This document shows, piece after piece, positions 1-10,113 of a stretch of DNA of 51,935 nt. Each line of letters opens with the position of its first letter. The first letter of the stretch is position 1. The notes under the pieces were generated by a model. The model ran no database searches. It was not told the DNA's origin and was given only the letters and a program-made list of their open reading frames with translations. Both the position numbers and the translations under genes were made by a program. The DNA is taken from the NCBI GenBank assembly GCA_031414595.1, contig JANNVX010000095.1, forward strand, positions 1 through 51,935, given 5' to 3'. The stretch is from Deinococcales bacterium (GTDB lineage Bacteria > Deinococcota > Deinococci > Deinococcales > JAAFIG01).

Positions 1-1
1 G

Positions 2-1462
2 AGCTTTGGCAAGTCTCGAGCTAAACAAGTCGAAAAACCAAGCACCACCTTCAAAGAAGTCGCGGGTTGCGATGAAGCCAAAGAAGAATTATCCGAAGTC
101 GTGGATTTCTTAAAAAACCCAACCAAGTACCACGACATCGGTGCAAGAATTCCCAAAGGGGTTCTCTTAATTGGTCCTCCCGGCAGTGGTAAGACACTCC
201 TAGCTCGAGCCGTTGCTGGTGAAGCTCGAGTACCATTTTTTACCATTAGCGGCTCAGACTTCGTAGAAATGTTCGTTGGTGTCGGCGCAGCCAGAGTCAG
301 AGACCTCTTCGAGCAAGCCCGTAAAACCGCACCGTGCATTATCTTTATTGATGAAATAGATGCCGTTGGTCGTAAACGTGGTTCTGGAATGGGTGGCGGT
401 AACGATGAACGCGAACAAACCCTCAACCAACTGCTTGTCGAAATGGATGGTTTTGAAACCAAACACGATATTATTATCCTTGCAGCCACCAATCGCCCAG
501 ATGTGCTGGATTCTGCCTTACTTCGCCCAGGTCGCTTTGATCGGCAAGTGACGGTAGATGCCCCAGATGTCAAAGGCAGAGAAGAAATCCTAAGAGTTCA
601 CTCGAGAAAAAAACCACTCGATGAAAGTGTTGACCTAAAAACCGTTGCCAAACGCACACCTGGTTTTGTTGGAGCAGACTTGGAGAACCTCTTAAATGAA
701 TCAGCCTTACTCGCGGCTCGAGGAGGCAGACGTAAAATCACGATGCGTGATATTGATGAAGCCGCAGACCGGGTGGTGATGGGAGCAGCTAGAAAGTCTC
801 GAGTGATACTGCTCGAGGATAAGTTGATTACGGCGTATCATGAAGTTGGACATGCGATTGCAGCACATTTACTGCCACTTTCGGATAGGGTACATAAACT
901 GACCATCGTGCCGCGTGGTGGAGCGGCTGGCTACATGATGCCATTACCTTCAGAAACCCAGCATTATGGCAAGAATCGGCTTTTAGATAGAATCGGTGTG
1001 GCATTGGCAGGACGAGCAGCCGAAGAACTGCAATTTGCTGAAATCACCACAGGGGCGCAAAATGATTTTCAGCAAGCCACACGAATTGCACGGCGGATGG
1101 CAGCCGAATGGGGCATGTCTGACCAACTTGGACATGTGGCACTGATTGAAGTCACCCAGAATTTCTTGGGCAATGCCAGTGAAAGCCGCTCCTACAGCGA
1201 AGAAACTGCCCAAGCCATAGATGCCGAAGTCAAAAGCATCATCGAAGTGCAGTATGTGCGGGTTAAGAATCTACTCGAGCAGAACCGCAACGCCATGGAC
1301 AGGGTAGTTGGTGTCTTACTCGAGCGTGAAACCTTAAACGGCGAGGAGTTCGCCACCGTTTTTGATGGTGGTTTGCTGCCCGAAGAACCACAAGACCCGA
1401 AGCCGAACCTCGAGCCGGGGTTTTCACCAGCCAATTTACTGCCTAAAATTGGTGGGGCTTAA
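2..1462 (+). CDS. ftsH: ATP-dependent zinc metalloprotease FtsH (5'-truncated by window edge)
   Basis: Walker A GPPGSGKT, Walker [37 protein letters not shown] zinc motif. The frame is open to the window start (SFGKSRAK...[11 protein letters not shown]). Confidence 0.97.
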   Translation, partial: SFGKSRAKQVEKPSTTFKEVAGCDEAKEELSEVVDFLKNPTKYHDIGARIPKGVLLIGPPGSGKTLLARAVAGEARVPFFTISGSDFVEMFVGVGAARVRDLFEQARKTAPCIIFIDEIDAVGRKRGSGMGGGNDEREQTLNQLLVEMDGFETKHDIIILAATNRPDVLDSALLRPGRFDRQVTVDAPDVKGREEILRVHSRKKPLDESVDLKTVAKRTPGFVGADLENLLNESALLAARGGRRKITMRDIDEAADRVVMGAARKSRVILLEDKLITAYHEVGHAIAAHLLPLSDRVHKLTIVPRGGAAGYMMPLPSETQHYGKNRLLDRIGVALAGRAAEELQFAEITTGAQNDFQQATRIARRMAAEWGMSDQLGHVALIEVTQNFLGNASESRSYSEETAQAIDAEVKSIIEVQYVRVKNLLEQNRNAMDRVVGVLLERETLNGEEFATVFDGGLLPEEPQDPKPNLEPGFSPANLLPKIGGA

Positions 1463-1509
1463 GCAATTTGGCGCTGGTTGTTTTATGCTTCCAATCAGAT
1501 AATAAAGCC

Positions 1510-2238
1510 ATGAAATTCGAGTTTGTGCCGACTTTAGAAAAACTTCTCGAGGTCTACCGTGTACCCATCGGGCAGGCGCGTTTCGATGCCTATATTGCCG
1601 CTACGGTCGGCGGAGCGCAAAGCCGTGCAGACTTGGCATTGTTGCCGCTTGTCAGCGCCAACCCAATGGCAAAAGCACATCTCAATACTACCCTCGAGAC
1701 TTGGTTGGAACTTGGGGTAGACACGGCAACCCAAAAGATTGTGCAGTCACTCGAGCCAGTTTGGTCTTTGGATGTTGCTTACAAGGTTGGCTTGACACTA
1801 CTCGATAACCAAAAAGGCGGTTGGACAAATCGGTTTTTGAATGATTGGGAGTTTCGTTTTCCGTCTAAAATAAATCCCGATTGGATTGTTGTGCCGCTCT
1901 GGGTTTCTGAAGCCCCAAGTTTTGAAATTTTAGAAGTGGCAATTCGTGCAGCAGTGGCTCGAGTGGTTTGGCAATGGCAACATGGCGTGCCTCAAACCCT
2001 GCTCGAGATGCTGCACCAAGAAGGGTTTGCCCAGTCTTTTGCAGGGCTAAAACCAACTTTAGAGACCGATGACCTCGAGTACAGCCGTGTGGTGCTTGCC
2101 CCGTTTTTGCAGTCTGTCGAAAAACCTGTACAGTTTGCCTGTTTATTTGGCGATGCAGCGGCTCGAGAAGTGGGTTATGTGGCGCTAGGCTTATCGGCTT
2201 TTGCAGGGTTTGAAGTAGCACTTGTCGACTATAATTAA
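1510..2238 (+). CDS. Hypothetical protein, weak resemblance to DUF2268-type zincin C-terminal motif
   Basis: Long ORF. ATG 1510 lies 6 nt after GATAAT. Contains TLLEMLHQEGFAQSFA but no HExxH. Confidence 0.6.
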   Translation: MKFEFVPTLEKLLEVYRVPIGQARFDAYIAATVGGAQSRADLALLPLVSANPMAKAHLNTTLETWLELGVDTATQKIVQSLEPVWSLDVAYKVGLTLLDNQKGGWTNRFLNDWEFRFPSKINPDWIVVPLWVSEAPSFEILEVAIRAAVARVVWQWQHGVPQTLLEMLHQEGFAQSFAGLKPTLETDDLEYSRVVLAPFLQSVEKPVQFACLFGDAAAREVGYVALGLSAFAGFEVALVDYN

Positions 2239-2274
2239 GTCACCTCTCATCTGACAAAACGTTAAAATATCAGG

Positions 2275-4089
2275 GTGCAAAAACAGCAATTGCAACAGCT
2301 TTTTTCTATTTTACTAACGCTCAGCCTGATTCCTGCGCTGATTCTGGCTTGGCAACGGATTGCCTTTGAACGCAATTACAACATCGTCGGGCTAACCATA
2401 GATTACGGTGATGTGGTGCAACAAGCCCGAGAAAATGGTCTCGAGACCAATGACCTCTTAAAGCGCTATAAAGCCTTGGGGGTCAATGGTGTTTCGGTCT
2501 ATGAACCAAGTCTTGGGCGTTTGGTGCAAAACGACCTAGTGTTGTACCGAGAAGGAGCAGAATGGCGCAATCAACGTCTTAGTCTGCGTTTGGATGTCTC
2601 CGAGATTCGTTCCAGAGAATTTTATTTGCGCTCCTTAAAAGCGGGTGTAGCCGAGCGTTTTATGACCAAATATCAGTATCCAACCCGCCAAGTACAAATA
2701 GATGGACAGTTCTGGACAGCTTTCCCCCTAAATATTTTGGCTTTACCCGCCGGACCTGACTTAGAATTACATAGCGACCTCGAGGCACTAGGGTTTTATG
2801 TGGTTTATCGCCCATTTGAATCTGGGGCGCTGCGAGACCCCGGGGCGGATTTCCCCAAAGTACCTTTTGTGGTCTACGCTGGCGACGAAATTACAGGTAA
2901 TAGCACCGATCAAAAACGCCAAAAAATCATTGAACGCACCAAAAACACCATTACTGGCATGGTTGAAAGTGTCAAACAAGACGGACTCGAGGACATTATA
3001 AAACTCAATCCAACCGTGCGGGTTTTTGCAATTCCAACCGCTTGGCAAAAACGACTTGTGCCAGAAGAAGCGGCTAGTAAATTTATTTTAGCCGCAAGGG
3101 AACGCAATCATCGTCTGCTTTACTTGCGTCCCTATGAACGCATAGATGACAGCGAAACATTTTTTAAGGCTGTCTTGGCGGGTTTAGAACGAGCCGACCT
3201 AAAAGTTGGGCAACCCGTCGCCCTCGAGTTTACCCAAAATAGCCTACTGAAGAACCTGTCTTTTTTTGGAGCGTTGTTTGGCTTAGCGCTGTTTGCGACG
3301 CTTTTTCCGTGGTGGTGGCTTGGGGTCGCCACCACCCTTGGGGTGCTGGGCATTTCGGTATTCTTTGCTGGTTTTGGCGCAAAAGGCTTAGCTTTAAGTG
3401 CCGCATTGGTTTTTTCGGTGCTTGGTTTTGCTTTGGCTCGAGCCAAATTGCTTGACTGGGCAAGAGCCACTGGGATTACCGTCATGGGAGCGTTTTTTGT
3501 GTCTGCCCTTGGGGTTAGCCGCAACGAAGTATTGGCGATTGAACCTTTTGCAGGCGTGGGTTTGTTGTTGGTATTGCCGCCTGTATTGCTTGGTTTAACC
3601 ATGATTCCCAAGCAAGATATTCGTAAAACTATTCAAAATTTATGGAACACCCCAGTCAGCCTAGGTTTGATTGCTTTAATGGCGTTTGCAGCAGGCGCAT
3701 TAGCTATTATTGTCTTGCGGCGTGGCAATGATACTGGGGCTGGGATTTCAGAAGCCGAAGCCAAGGCTCGAGTTGCCGTTCAAGACAGTATTATCCGTCC
3801 GCGCAGCAAAGAACTGGCACTTCATGCCCCCGGGCTGGTTGGCTTAAGCGGCTTATTTCCAAGTTGGTTAAATAATTTGTTGCTGATGGCAAGTTCAATT
3901 GGGCAAGCCAGTATTATCGGCAGCTTCACCCATTTTCACACCCCGCTTTTAATTAGTTTATTGCGTACCATTAACGGTATTGCCATCGGCGGCGCAATTG
4001 GTTTTGCGGTGCTGGGCGTGGTCTGGTTTGGCAACACATTTTTTAGAAAGTGGCTCGAGGAGCAGAACAAAAGGTTGGAAAACTCATGA
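2275..4089 (+). CDS. DUF5693-like membrane protein (extracytoplasmic domain plus C-terminal multi-TM region)
   Basis: N-terminal TM helix, LAARERNHRLLYLRP, RPRSKE and SFTHFHTPLLISLLRT motifs, hydrophobic C-terminal half. Confidence 0.75.
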   Translation: MQKQQLQQLFSILLTLSLIPALILAWQRIAFERNYNIVGLTIDYGDVVQQARENGLETNDLLKRYKALGVNGVSVYEPSLGRLVQNDLVLYREGAEWRNQRLSLRLDVSEIRSREFYLRSLKAGVAERFMTKYQYPTRQVQIDGQFWTAFPLNILALPAGPDLELHSDLEALGFYVVYRPFESGALRDPGADFPKVPFVVYAGDEITGNSTDQKRQKIIERTKNTITGMVESVKQDGLEDIIKLNPTVRVFAIPTAWQKRLVPEEAASKFILAARERNHRLLYLRPYERIDDSETFFKAVLAGLERADLKVGQPVALEFTQNSLLKNLSFFGALFGLALFATLFPWWWLGVATTLGVLGISVFFAGFGAKGLALSAALVFSVLGFALARAKLLDWARATGITVMGAFFVSALGVSRNEVLAIEPFAGVGLLLVLPPVLLGLTMIPKQDIRKTIQNLWNTPVSLGLIALMAFAAGALAIIVLRRGNDTGAGISEAEAKARVAVQDSIIRPRSKELALHAPGLVGLSGLFPSWLNNLLLMASSIGQASIIGSFTHFHTPLLISLLRTINGIAIGGAIGFAVLGVVWFGNTFFRKWLEEQNKRLENS

Positions 4090-4721
4090 CCCAAGAAAGA
4101 CAAACCCGTATCCGAGCCGTTCTCGAGAAACGCCAACCCGATTTAACGGTGCTGCTTGAACATGTCCATAAACCCCATAATCTTAGTGCCATCCTACGTT
4201 CTTGTGACGCGGTTGGTTTACTCGAGGCGAACATTGTGGCACTCGAGGGTCGTCCACCAACCTTTAATGAAACCAGTGCTGGTTCGGATAAGTGGTTGCC
4301 GCTTGTGACCCACCAGAACACCGCCACCGCCTTCTCGAGCTTGAAAGAACGTGGCTTTAAGGTGATTGCCGCCCACCTCTCCTCTACTGCCCTAGATTAC
4401 CGAGCATGGGATTACACCCAGCCAACCGCGATTTTACTGGGCGCAGAAAAATGGGGGGTCTCGAGTCTGGCAGCCGACCTTTGCGATGCCCATATTATTA
4501 TTCCAATGCACGGTATGGTGCAGAGCCTAAATGTCAGCGTAGCAGCTGCGGTGGTACTTTTTGAGGCGCAACGTCAGAGGCTCGAAGCGGGAATGTATCA
4601 GACCTCAAGAATCAGCCCTGAAGAATTTGCACGTCTCGAGTATGAATGGCTCTACCCGCGTGAAGCTGAGATTTTTCGGGCAAAAGGCGAAGCCTACCCA
4701 AGACTTGAAGTACAGCAGTAA
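4086..4721 (+). CDS. trmH: tRNA (guanosine(18)-2'-O)-methyltransferase TrmH
   Basis: SPOUT motifs HKPHNLSAILRSCDAVG, GAEKWG, IPMHGMVQSLNVSVA. ATGA overlap with the upstream gene. Confidence 0.93.
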   Translation: MTQERQTRIRAVLEKRQPDLTVLLEHVHKPHNLSAILRSCDAVGLLEANIVALEGRPPTFNETSAGSDKWLPLVTHQNTATAFSSLKERGFKVIAAHLSSTALDYRAWDYTQPTAILLGAEKWGVSSLAADLCDAHIIIPMHGMVQSLNVSVAAAVVLFEAQRQRLEAGMYQTSRISPEEFARLEYEWLYPREAEIFRAKGEAYPRLEVQQ

Positions 4722-4780
4722 AAAGCCTTGGGGTATTAAAAGGCTACCTTGTCGCAATAACATCACCAGCGCTTTAACCT

Positions 4781-5905
4781 TTAATCCCCTCGTATGACCT
4801 TGCCAATTTTACTCAAGAACCCTTCTGGTGGGACGATACTCTCACCTGTTTCTTTGGCGTACTCCTCAAGAAGTTCCTTAGCCCGCTTAGAGAGTTTTTT
4901 CGGCACACTAACCGCCACTGTGACAATTAAATCACCTTCACCTCTGGCTTGTAAACGCGGCATTCCTTTGCCTCGTAAATGCAGCGTATCGTTGGGTTGT
5001 GAACCATGTGGAATCTCGAGGGCGTGTGTGCCATCGAGGGTTGGAATCTCGAGTTTTGTACCTAGGCTGGCTTGGGCAAGTCCAATATGGGCAGTGTAAT
5101 GCAGATTATCGCCGTCGCGGGTTAAGTGGACGTGCGGTTTTAATTCTAGAAATACGTATAAATCGCCAGCCGGACCACCGAACATTCCAGCATTGCCCTG
5201 ACCCGCGACACGCAAACGATAGCCGCCATCAATACCTTTAGGCAATGTAACCGTGACTTTTTCGGGTTTGATGGTACGCCCACGCCCGTGGCACTTGCTG
5301 CATGGTTCGGGGTTAATTTCGCCTGTACCTTTGCAAGTCTGGCAAGGCGCAGCCGTCATAAAATTACCCAGAATGGTGCGTTGCTGTTGCCGCACTTGCC
5401 CAGCCCCACCACAAGTACCACAGGTTTGTAAGCCCTTGCCACCCGGTTCGGCTCTCGAGCCATGACAACGGTCACAACCAATCAGCTTATCAATTTCAAC
5501 TTCGATGTCCGCCCCAATTCGGGCTTGCTCGAGCGTAATGCTGACTTCAACTTGTAAATCCTCGCCTCGAGCCGCCCGTTTGCCACCTCGAGCCGCGCCG
5601 CGTTGCTGCCCAAAAATATCACCACCGAAGACACTGTTGAATAAATCAAATAAGTCCCCGCCAGCCCCACCAAAATTCGAGTCAAAGCCAGCCCCGCCGA
5701 CCTTGCCAAATTGGTCATACTGGGCGCGTTTTTCGGGGTCAGATAAAGCACCATAAGCCTCATTGATGGTCTTGAATTTCTCTTCGGCTTCTTTGTTGCC
5801 GGGGTTCTTATCGGGATGGTATTTTAGTGCCAAAGCCCGATAGGCACGTTTAATTTCGTCGCTGTCAGCAGTTCTCGAGACTCCAAGTAAATCGTAATAA
5901 TCCAT
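4781..5905 (-). CDS. dnaJ: Chaperone DnaJ
   Basis: J-domain with HPD, G/F-rich region, four CxxCxG zinc motifs. Start 5905 (MDYY) is preferred because ATG 5920 overlaps a TATAAT box. Confidence 0.96.
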   Translation of the reverse strand: MDYYDLLGVSRTADSDEIKRAYRALALKYHPDKNPGNKEAEEKFKTINEAYGALSDPEKRAQYDQFGKVGGAGFDSNFGGAGGDLFDLFNSVFGGDIFGQQRGAARGGKRAARGEDLQVEVSITLEQARIGADIEVEIDKLIGCDRCHGSRAEPGGKGLQTCGTCGGAGQVRQQQRTILGNFMTAAPCQTCKGTGEINPEPCSKCHGRGRTIKPEKVTVTLPKGIDGGYRLRVAGQGNAGMFGGPAGDLYVFLELKPHVHLTRDGDNLHYTAHIGLAQASLGTKLEIPTLDGTHALEIPHGSQPNDTLHLRGKGMPRLQARGEGDLIVTVAVSVPKKLSKRAKELLEEYAKETGESIVPPEGFLSKIGKVIRGD

Positions 5906-5992
5906 AAAATCGAGTGGCATTATACAACCAGACTCAAGGTTTCATAGTGCCGAATAGTCATGTGTGTTTGTGCGAATGTGCTATTGTGCATT

Positions 5993-6301
5993 ATGCCAAA
6001 GACCAATTCCAATGTAAAAACCATCAGCCTCGGCGGACAAATCTCACTCGGTAAAAAATATGCTGGGCAGCAAGTGTTGGTTGAAAAAATCGAAGAAGGA
6101 TACTGGACAATCAAAACTTCGATTACCATTCCAACCAACGAAAAATGGCTCTGGGAAGAACCGTTTAAAAGTCAATTGGACACTTCGTTGCGTGAAACTG
6201 CCAAACGTTACGCCAATGGTCGGCAACCAAAACTTATCACACTCGAGGAATTAGAAACAAAATACCTTGGCACTCAAGAAAAGGTCAGTAATGCCGATTG
6301 A
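5993..6301 (+). CDS. Putative antitoxin, AbrB/MazE-like N-terminus
   Basis: GQISLGKKYAGQQVLVE pattern. Small gene overlapping a RelE-like gene. Confidence 0.65.
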   Translation: MPKTNSNVKTISLGGQISLGKKYAGQQVLVEKIEEGYWTIKTSITIPTNEKWLWEEPFKSQLDTSLRETAKRYANGRQPKLITLEELETKYLGTQEKVSNAD

Positions 6302-6584
6302 ACTTGATCTAAACGACACTGGTTTTCAACGCCAAATGGTGAGTCTCGAGAAAAACGAAAGCCTTGCCTTCTTCAAAACCCTCCGAAAACTGCTTCAACT
6401 CGAGTGGGAAACTGTCTACCGCGACAGGGGGTTAAACTGGGAGGCTATTCAATCCAAAACCGACGATGATGGCGAACGGCTCTACAGTCTTCGAGTCACC
6501 GAAAAATGTCGTGCTGTGGTACAAAGACGCGGCAATCGAATGGTTTTTCAAGGACTCTACCCAGACCACGACAGCGCCTACTAA
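6291..6584 (+). CDS. Putative RelE/ParE-superfamily toxin
   Basis: 97 aa, LYSLRVTEKCRAVV and C-terminal DHDSAY, overlapping the upstream small gene. Confidence 0.65.
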   Translation: MPIELDLNDTGFQRQMVSLEKNESLAFFKTLRKLLQLEWETVYRDRGLNWEAIQSKTDDDGERLYSLRVTEKCRAVVQRRGNRMVFQGLYPDHDSAY

Positions 6585-7330
6585 ACCGCCCTCGTTGGCA
6601 ATGGCACAATCGCCCCTGAACTCGGGTCAAGCCCAATCCACACTTCAACCCCGTACAATTCGCGCAGCAAAGACTGATTCAGCACCTCGAGCGGTGTGCC
6701 ATCTGCCACAATTTGGGAATTCCCAAGCGCAATGACACGGTTTGCCCGAGCAGCATAGGGAATATCATGGGCAATAAAAACCACACATGCCCCAGCCGAG
6801 GCACGAATTTGTAGCGTCTCGAGCAAGCGCATTTGATAACGTGGGTCAAGCCCAGCCAGAGGTTCATCCAAAAGTAAAATCGGGGTAACTCGAGATAAAG
6901 TCATGGCGAGCCAAGCGCGTTTGGCTTCGCCAGTCGATAATTGCGTAATTGGCTGCTCGAGTAAATCCTCGAGTTCCATTGCCGCAATTGATTCAAAAAA
7001 ACCAGTTTCAGAAGGCTCAGCCAGTAAAATCAGTTCGCGCACCGATAAGGGAAACGGAACACTTGAGTAGGCGGGTAAAAAAGCCAGTTTTGAGGACACC
7101 AAACCTTTAGTCAGTCCGCGAATATCTGTCCCTTCGAGCAGTACAGACCCGTCTGAATGCCCAAGTTCTCGCAAGCCCGCCAAGGCTGCCAGCAAGGTGC
7201 TTTTACCTGCCCCGTTCGCACCAATAATCGCCGTCACTTCGCCAGTTCTAAACTCGAGATTGACGTTTTTTATAATCACTCGGGAAGTACGGCGGATGGT
7301 TAGGTTTTGGGCAGTTAGAGGATAGGTCAT
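6581..7330 (-). CDS. Iron-complex/cobalamin ABC transporter ATP-binding protein
   Basis: GANGAGKS, LSTGE signature, LLLDEP, H-loop. AAGGA upstream of ATG 7330. Confidence 0.9.
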   Translation of the reverse strand: MTYPLTAQNLTIRRTSRVIIKNVNLEFRTGEVTAIIGANGAGKSTLLAALAGLRELGHSDGSVLLEGTDIRGLTKGLVSSKLAFLPAYSSVPFPLSVRELILLAEPSETGFFESIAAMELEDLLEQPITQLSTGEAKRAWLAMTLSRVTPILLLDEPLAGLDPRYQMRLLETLQIRASAGACVVFIAHDIPYAARANRVIALGNSQIVADGTPLEVLNQSLLRELYGVEVWIGLDPSSGAIVPLPTRAV

Positions 7331-7362
7331 ATTTTCCTTGTGGAGCATACCTTGAAAAATTG

Positions 7363-7380
7363 GACATTTTGTCCTAAAAT
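7363..7380 (+). promoter_or_regulatory. Palindrome GGACA-TTT-TGTCC next to a TAAAAT -10 box; probable HigA operator/promoter
   Basis: Seen directly upstream of higB. Confidence 0.5.
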
Positions 7381-7383
7381 GAA

Positions 7384-7698
7384 ATGGTGAATATCATCGC
7401 TCCAAAAGCCATTCGGGATTTTGTTCAGCGATACCCAGAATCGGATCAAGTCCTGCGTGATTGGTACAACACCCTAAGAAAATCCGAATTCCAAAACTGG
7501 GCAGAACTTAAAGCCACCTTCTCGAGCCTTGACCTTATCCCAAATCAACAAAATGGGTTACTGGTGGTTTTTGACATTGGTGGAAATAAATACCGTGTGG
7601 TGGTCAAAATGGATTTACAAAGCAATTTCGCCATGATTCGCCATATTTTTACGCACAACGAATACATGATTTGGAATAAAAAAGGAAAACCATCATGA
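7384..7698 (+). CDS. higB: HigB-family toxin
   Basis: W..FAELKATF-like segment and VFDIGGNKYRVV...IFTHNEY motifs. Toxin-first gene order. Confidence 0.88.
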   Translation: MVNIIAPKAIRDFVQRYPESDQVLRDWYNTLRKSEFQNWAELKATFSSLDLIPNQQNGLLVVFDIGGNKYRVVVKMDLQSNFAMIRHIFTHNEYMIWNKKGKPS

Positions 7699-8099
7699 AC
7701 ATTTCTACTCAAAAAGCCATTGAATCTTGGACAGGACTCTACAGTGCTAACATTCGCAAACCCGAAAGCGAGGAAGAATACCTCGAATTACTCGAATTTA
7801 TGAATCACTTAACCGACCATTATAACACTGACCTCGAGCCACACAAAGGACTATGGAATTTGGTAGCGCAATTTATGTTTGAATGGGAACAAGCCAATGA
7901 ACCAAAAATTCCTGAATCTGAACCACATCAAATTCTGCTTTTTTTGATGCAGCAACATCACCTGAAAGCAAAGGATTTCAAAGACAAAATAGACCAGAGT
8001 TTACTATCAAAAATCCTATCTGGTAAACGAAAAATTAGTAAGCAAGTGGCACGAATATTAGCAGAACGCTTTCAAACAACCCCAGCTTTGTTTCTATGA
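7695..8099 (+). CDS. higA: HigA-family antitoxin (C-terminal HTH)
   Basis: SEEEY motif, LLSKILSGKRKISKQVARILAERF, ATGA overlap with higB. Confidence 0.88.
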   Translation: MNISTQKAIESWTGLYSANIRKPESEEEYLELLEFMNHLTDHYNTDLEPHKGLWNLVAQFMFEWEQANEPKIPESEPHQILLFLMQQHHLKAKDFKDKIDQSLLSKILSGKRKISKQVARILAERFQTTPALFL

Positions 8100-8115
8100 A
8101 GCCAGCATCAAAACA

Positions 8116-8158
8116 ATTACGAAGCCCGTCTCGAGGCGATTACGAAGCCTGTCTCGAG
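8116..8158. repeat. 20-bp near-perfect tandem duplication ATTACGAAGCC(C/T)GTCTCGAG
   Basis: Copies at 8116-8135 and 8139-8158. The second copy covers the permease stop codon. Confidence 0.9.
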
Positions 8159-9153
8159 AGAACCATCAACCAAATCCCGCCCAGCACTGTGGTAAATGCC
8201 CCAGCTGGAATTTCATTAGGGGCTAGTAAAGTACGCCCAAGCACATCGGCTAGGCTAACCGCAATCCCGCCAATTAAGGCACTGGCTGGAAGTAATTTTT
8301 TGTAATCTGTACCAAATAATGCTCGAGCTAAACTGACCGATAATAAGCCGACAAAGCCCATTAAGCCACTTGTTCCGACCGCCACACCCGTTAAAAGCGC
8401 TGCCAGCATCAGCACCAGATTTCTCGAGACTTTGGCATTTAAGCCTAGGTTCTCGGAGACATCATCGCCAAGTTGCAATAAATTTGCAGTACGCCCAAGC
8501 AGCATTGCCAGACCGATGCCAAAAGCCGCAAATGGCAGCATCAGCCAGAGTTGACTTAAACCAAGCGCATAGAACCCACCGACCACCCAGCCCAGTACAT
8601 TGGCACTCGAGGGGCTTTGTGACAATGCCAGCATCAAGGCTAACCCCGCGAGGCTGATGGCAGCCAGTGCCACACCGATTAAAGCCCGCCGCTCCGAGGA
8701 GCGTTCCGAAGAAAGCTGTGTCAGTAACCAAACCGCAAAGCCAGCCCCCATACTGGCAAGCACTGGCGTTCCAAACCCCGCCATGCCAATTTGTTGCAAT
8801 AAAACTGCGCCCAGCGCCGCAAAGCCCGCCAAGCCTAGCAAGTACGAATCCGCCAAACTGGTTCTAAAACCCGCCTGTAAGAGTGGTCCTGTCATCCCTA
8901 GGCTTGCGCCAACCAAGAGTGCCAGAAAAACCCTTGGCGCTCGAACCTCGGATAAAATTTGGGCGGCGGTTGTATCAGCTTGACCAACCACCCAAGCCAG
9001 TAAAGTCTGCCCCGAAATCGGATACGAACCAAGCGCCAAGGAAACACCCAACGTAGCCAGTAAAACCAGACCCAGCGTCACAAACCATAAGACACTCGAG
9101 CCATGTTGATGACTCGAGACTCGAGAAAAAAGAATTGGTTTAGGAGTAGTCAC
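8140..9153 (-). CDS. FecCD/BtuC-family ABC permease
   Basis: RAPRVFLALLVGASL, LGDDVSENLG, GLMGFVGL, ADVLGR, EIPAG motifs. Confidence 0.92.
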   Translation of the reverse strand: MTTPKPILFSRVSSHQHGSSVLWFVTLGLVLLATLGVSLALGSYPISGQTLLAWVVGQADTTAAQILSEVRAPRVFLALLVGASLGMTGPLLQAGFRTSLADSYLLGLAGFAALGAVLLQQIGMAGFGTPVLASMGAGFAVWLLTQLSSERSSERRALIGVALAAISLAGLALMLALSQSPSSANVLGWVVGGFYALGLSQLWLMLPFAAFGIGLAMLLGRTANLLQLGDDVSENLGLNAKVSRNLVLMLAALLTGVAVGTSGLMGFVGLLSVSLARALFGTDYKKLLPASALIGGIAVSLADVLGRTLLAPNEIPAGAFTTVLGGIWLMVLSRQAS

Positions 9154-9177
9154 AATAATAAACTGTCATGCAGGCTA

Positions 9178-9202
9178 AGGAGACCACAAGGGTCTCCCCT
9201 AC
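9178..9202 (-). repeat. GTAG-type REP palindrome GTAGGGGAGACC-CTTGT-GGTCTCCT
   Basis: GTAG tetranucleotide followed by a hairpin, intergenic between the binding-protein and permease genes. Confidence 0.7.
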
Positions 9203-9210
9203 TTTTTAAC

Positions 9211-10113
9211 TTATTTTCTAGGGTAAAGAAGCGGGATTAAAATGTCCAGTGTTTCTACCGCCCTTGGTCCTGGAGCGGTCACAAACGGGTCGGAACTGAG
9301 GATATGGACACGGTTATTTTTAACAGCATTGAGGTTTTTCCAAGCAGCACTCTGCTCTAAACGCTCGACTGGGCTTGGCGCAATAGCCCCAGTCGCGGTG
9401 ACTGCCCTGAACGCCACAATTACATCGGGATTGGCTGCTACAATCTGCTCTAAACTTAAAACCACAAAACCGGGTTGACGTGGGTCAGCACTTGGCGTGC
9501 CTTTGGCGACATTGTTTGCCCCAGCCTTCTCGAGCAGGTCGCCAATATAGGTTTCGTCGGTGGTGCTAAAAACTTGTCCACCCGCCGCTAGCAGCGCCAA
9601 GACTTTGGGTTTTACAGCTTTTGGAACTTTAGCAAGACTGCGTTTGATTTTAGATTTTAGGAAATCCAAACGGGCTTGGGCGTAGGCTTCGCGGCTGGTC
9701 AGTTTCCCAAAAAGTGTGTAGGTGTCGTAAACATCTTTGAGGCTCGAGTCTGGGGTAACGATTAGCGGCATCGGTAATGCCCCAAGTTGACGCGCCGAAG
9801 CAGCCGTTGTGCCAACAGAACCAATCAGTAAGTCTGGGCGTAAACCAAGAATTTTTTCTAAATCTGGACGGTAAGCACTGCCGACTTCCGGAATCCGCAG
9901 GGCGGTATCTGGATGGGTGGCACTGCTGGGGCGACCAATTGGATTAGCACCAATATCTATTAGAATTTCGGTGGCGGTTAAAGACAACGCCACAATCCGT
10001 TTGGCGGGTGCATTGATGGTCAAGCTACGACCAAGACCATCACGAATTTGAATAGGAGCGGCAAGGGCAAGTCCTGCCAGCAAAGCAGAACCAAGAAACA
10101 TCATTTTTTTCAT
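9211..10113 (-). CDS. BtuF/FhuD-like ABC substrate-binding protein
   Basis: Signal peptide, DGLGRSLTI..PAKRIVAL, PDLEKILGLRPDL, AVKNNRVH, PGPR. GAGG upstream of ATG 10113. Confidence 0.9.
   Translation of the reverse strand: MKKMMFLGSALLAGLALAAPIQIRDGLGRSLTINAPAKRIVALSLTATEILIDIGANPIGRPSSATHPDTALRIPEVGSAYRPDLEKILGLRPDLLIGSVGTTAASARQLGALPMPLIVTPDSSLKDVYDTYTLFGKLTSREAYAQARLDFLKSKIKRSLAKVPKAVKPKVLALLAAGGQVFSTTDETYIGDLLEKAGANNVAKGTPSADPRQPGFVVLSLEQIVAANPDVIVAFRAVTATGAIAPSPVERLEQSAAWKNLNAVKNNRVHILSSDPFVTAPGPRAVETLDILIPLLYPRK

Noticed and set aside
8116-8158. Target-site duplication flanking higBA
   Set aside because: Both copies lie on the same side of higBA and I found no matching copy near 7340-7380, so it is reported only as a tandem duplication.
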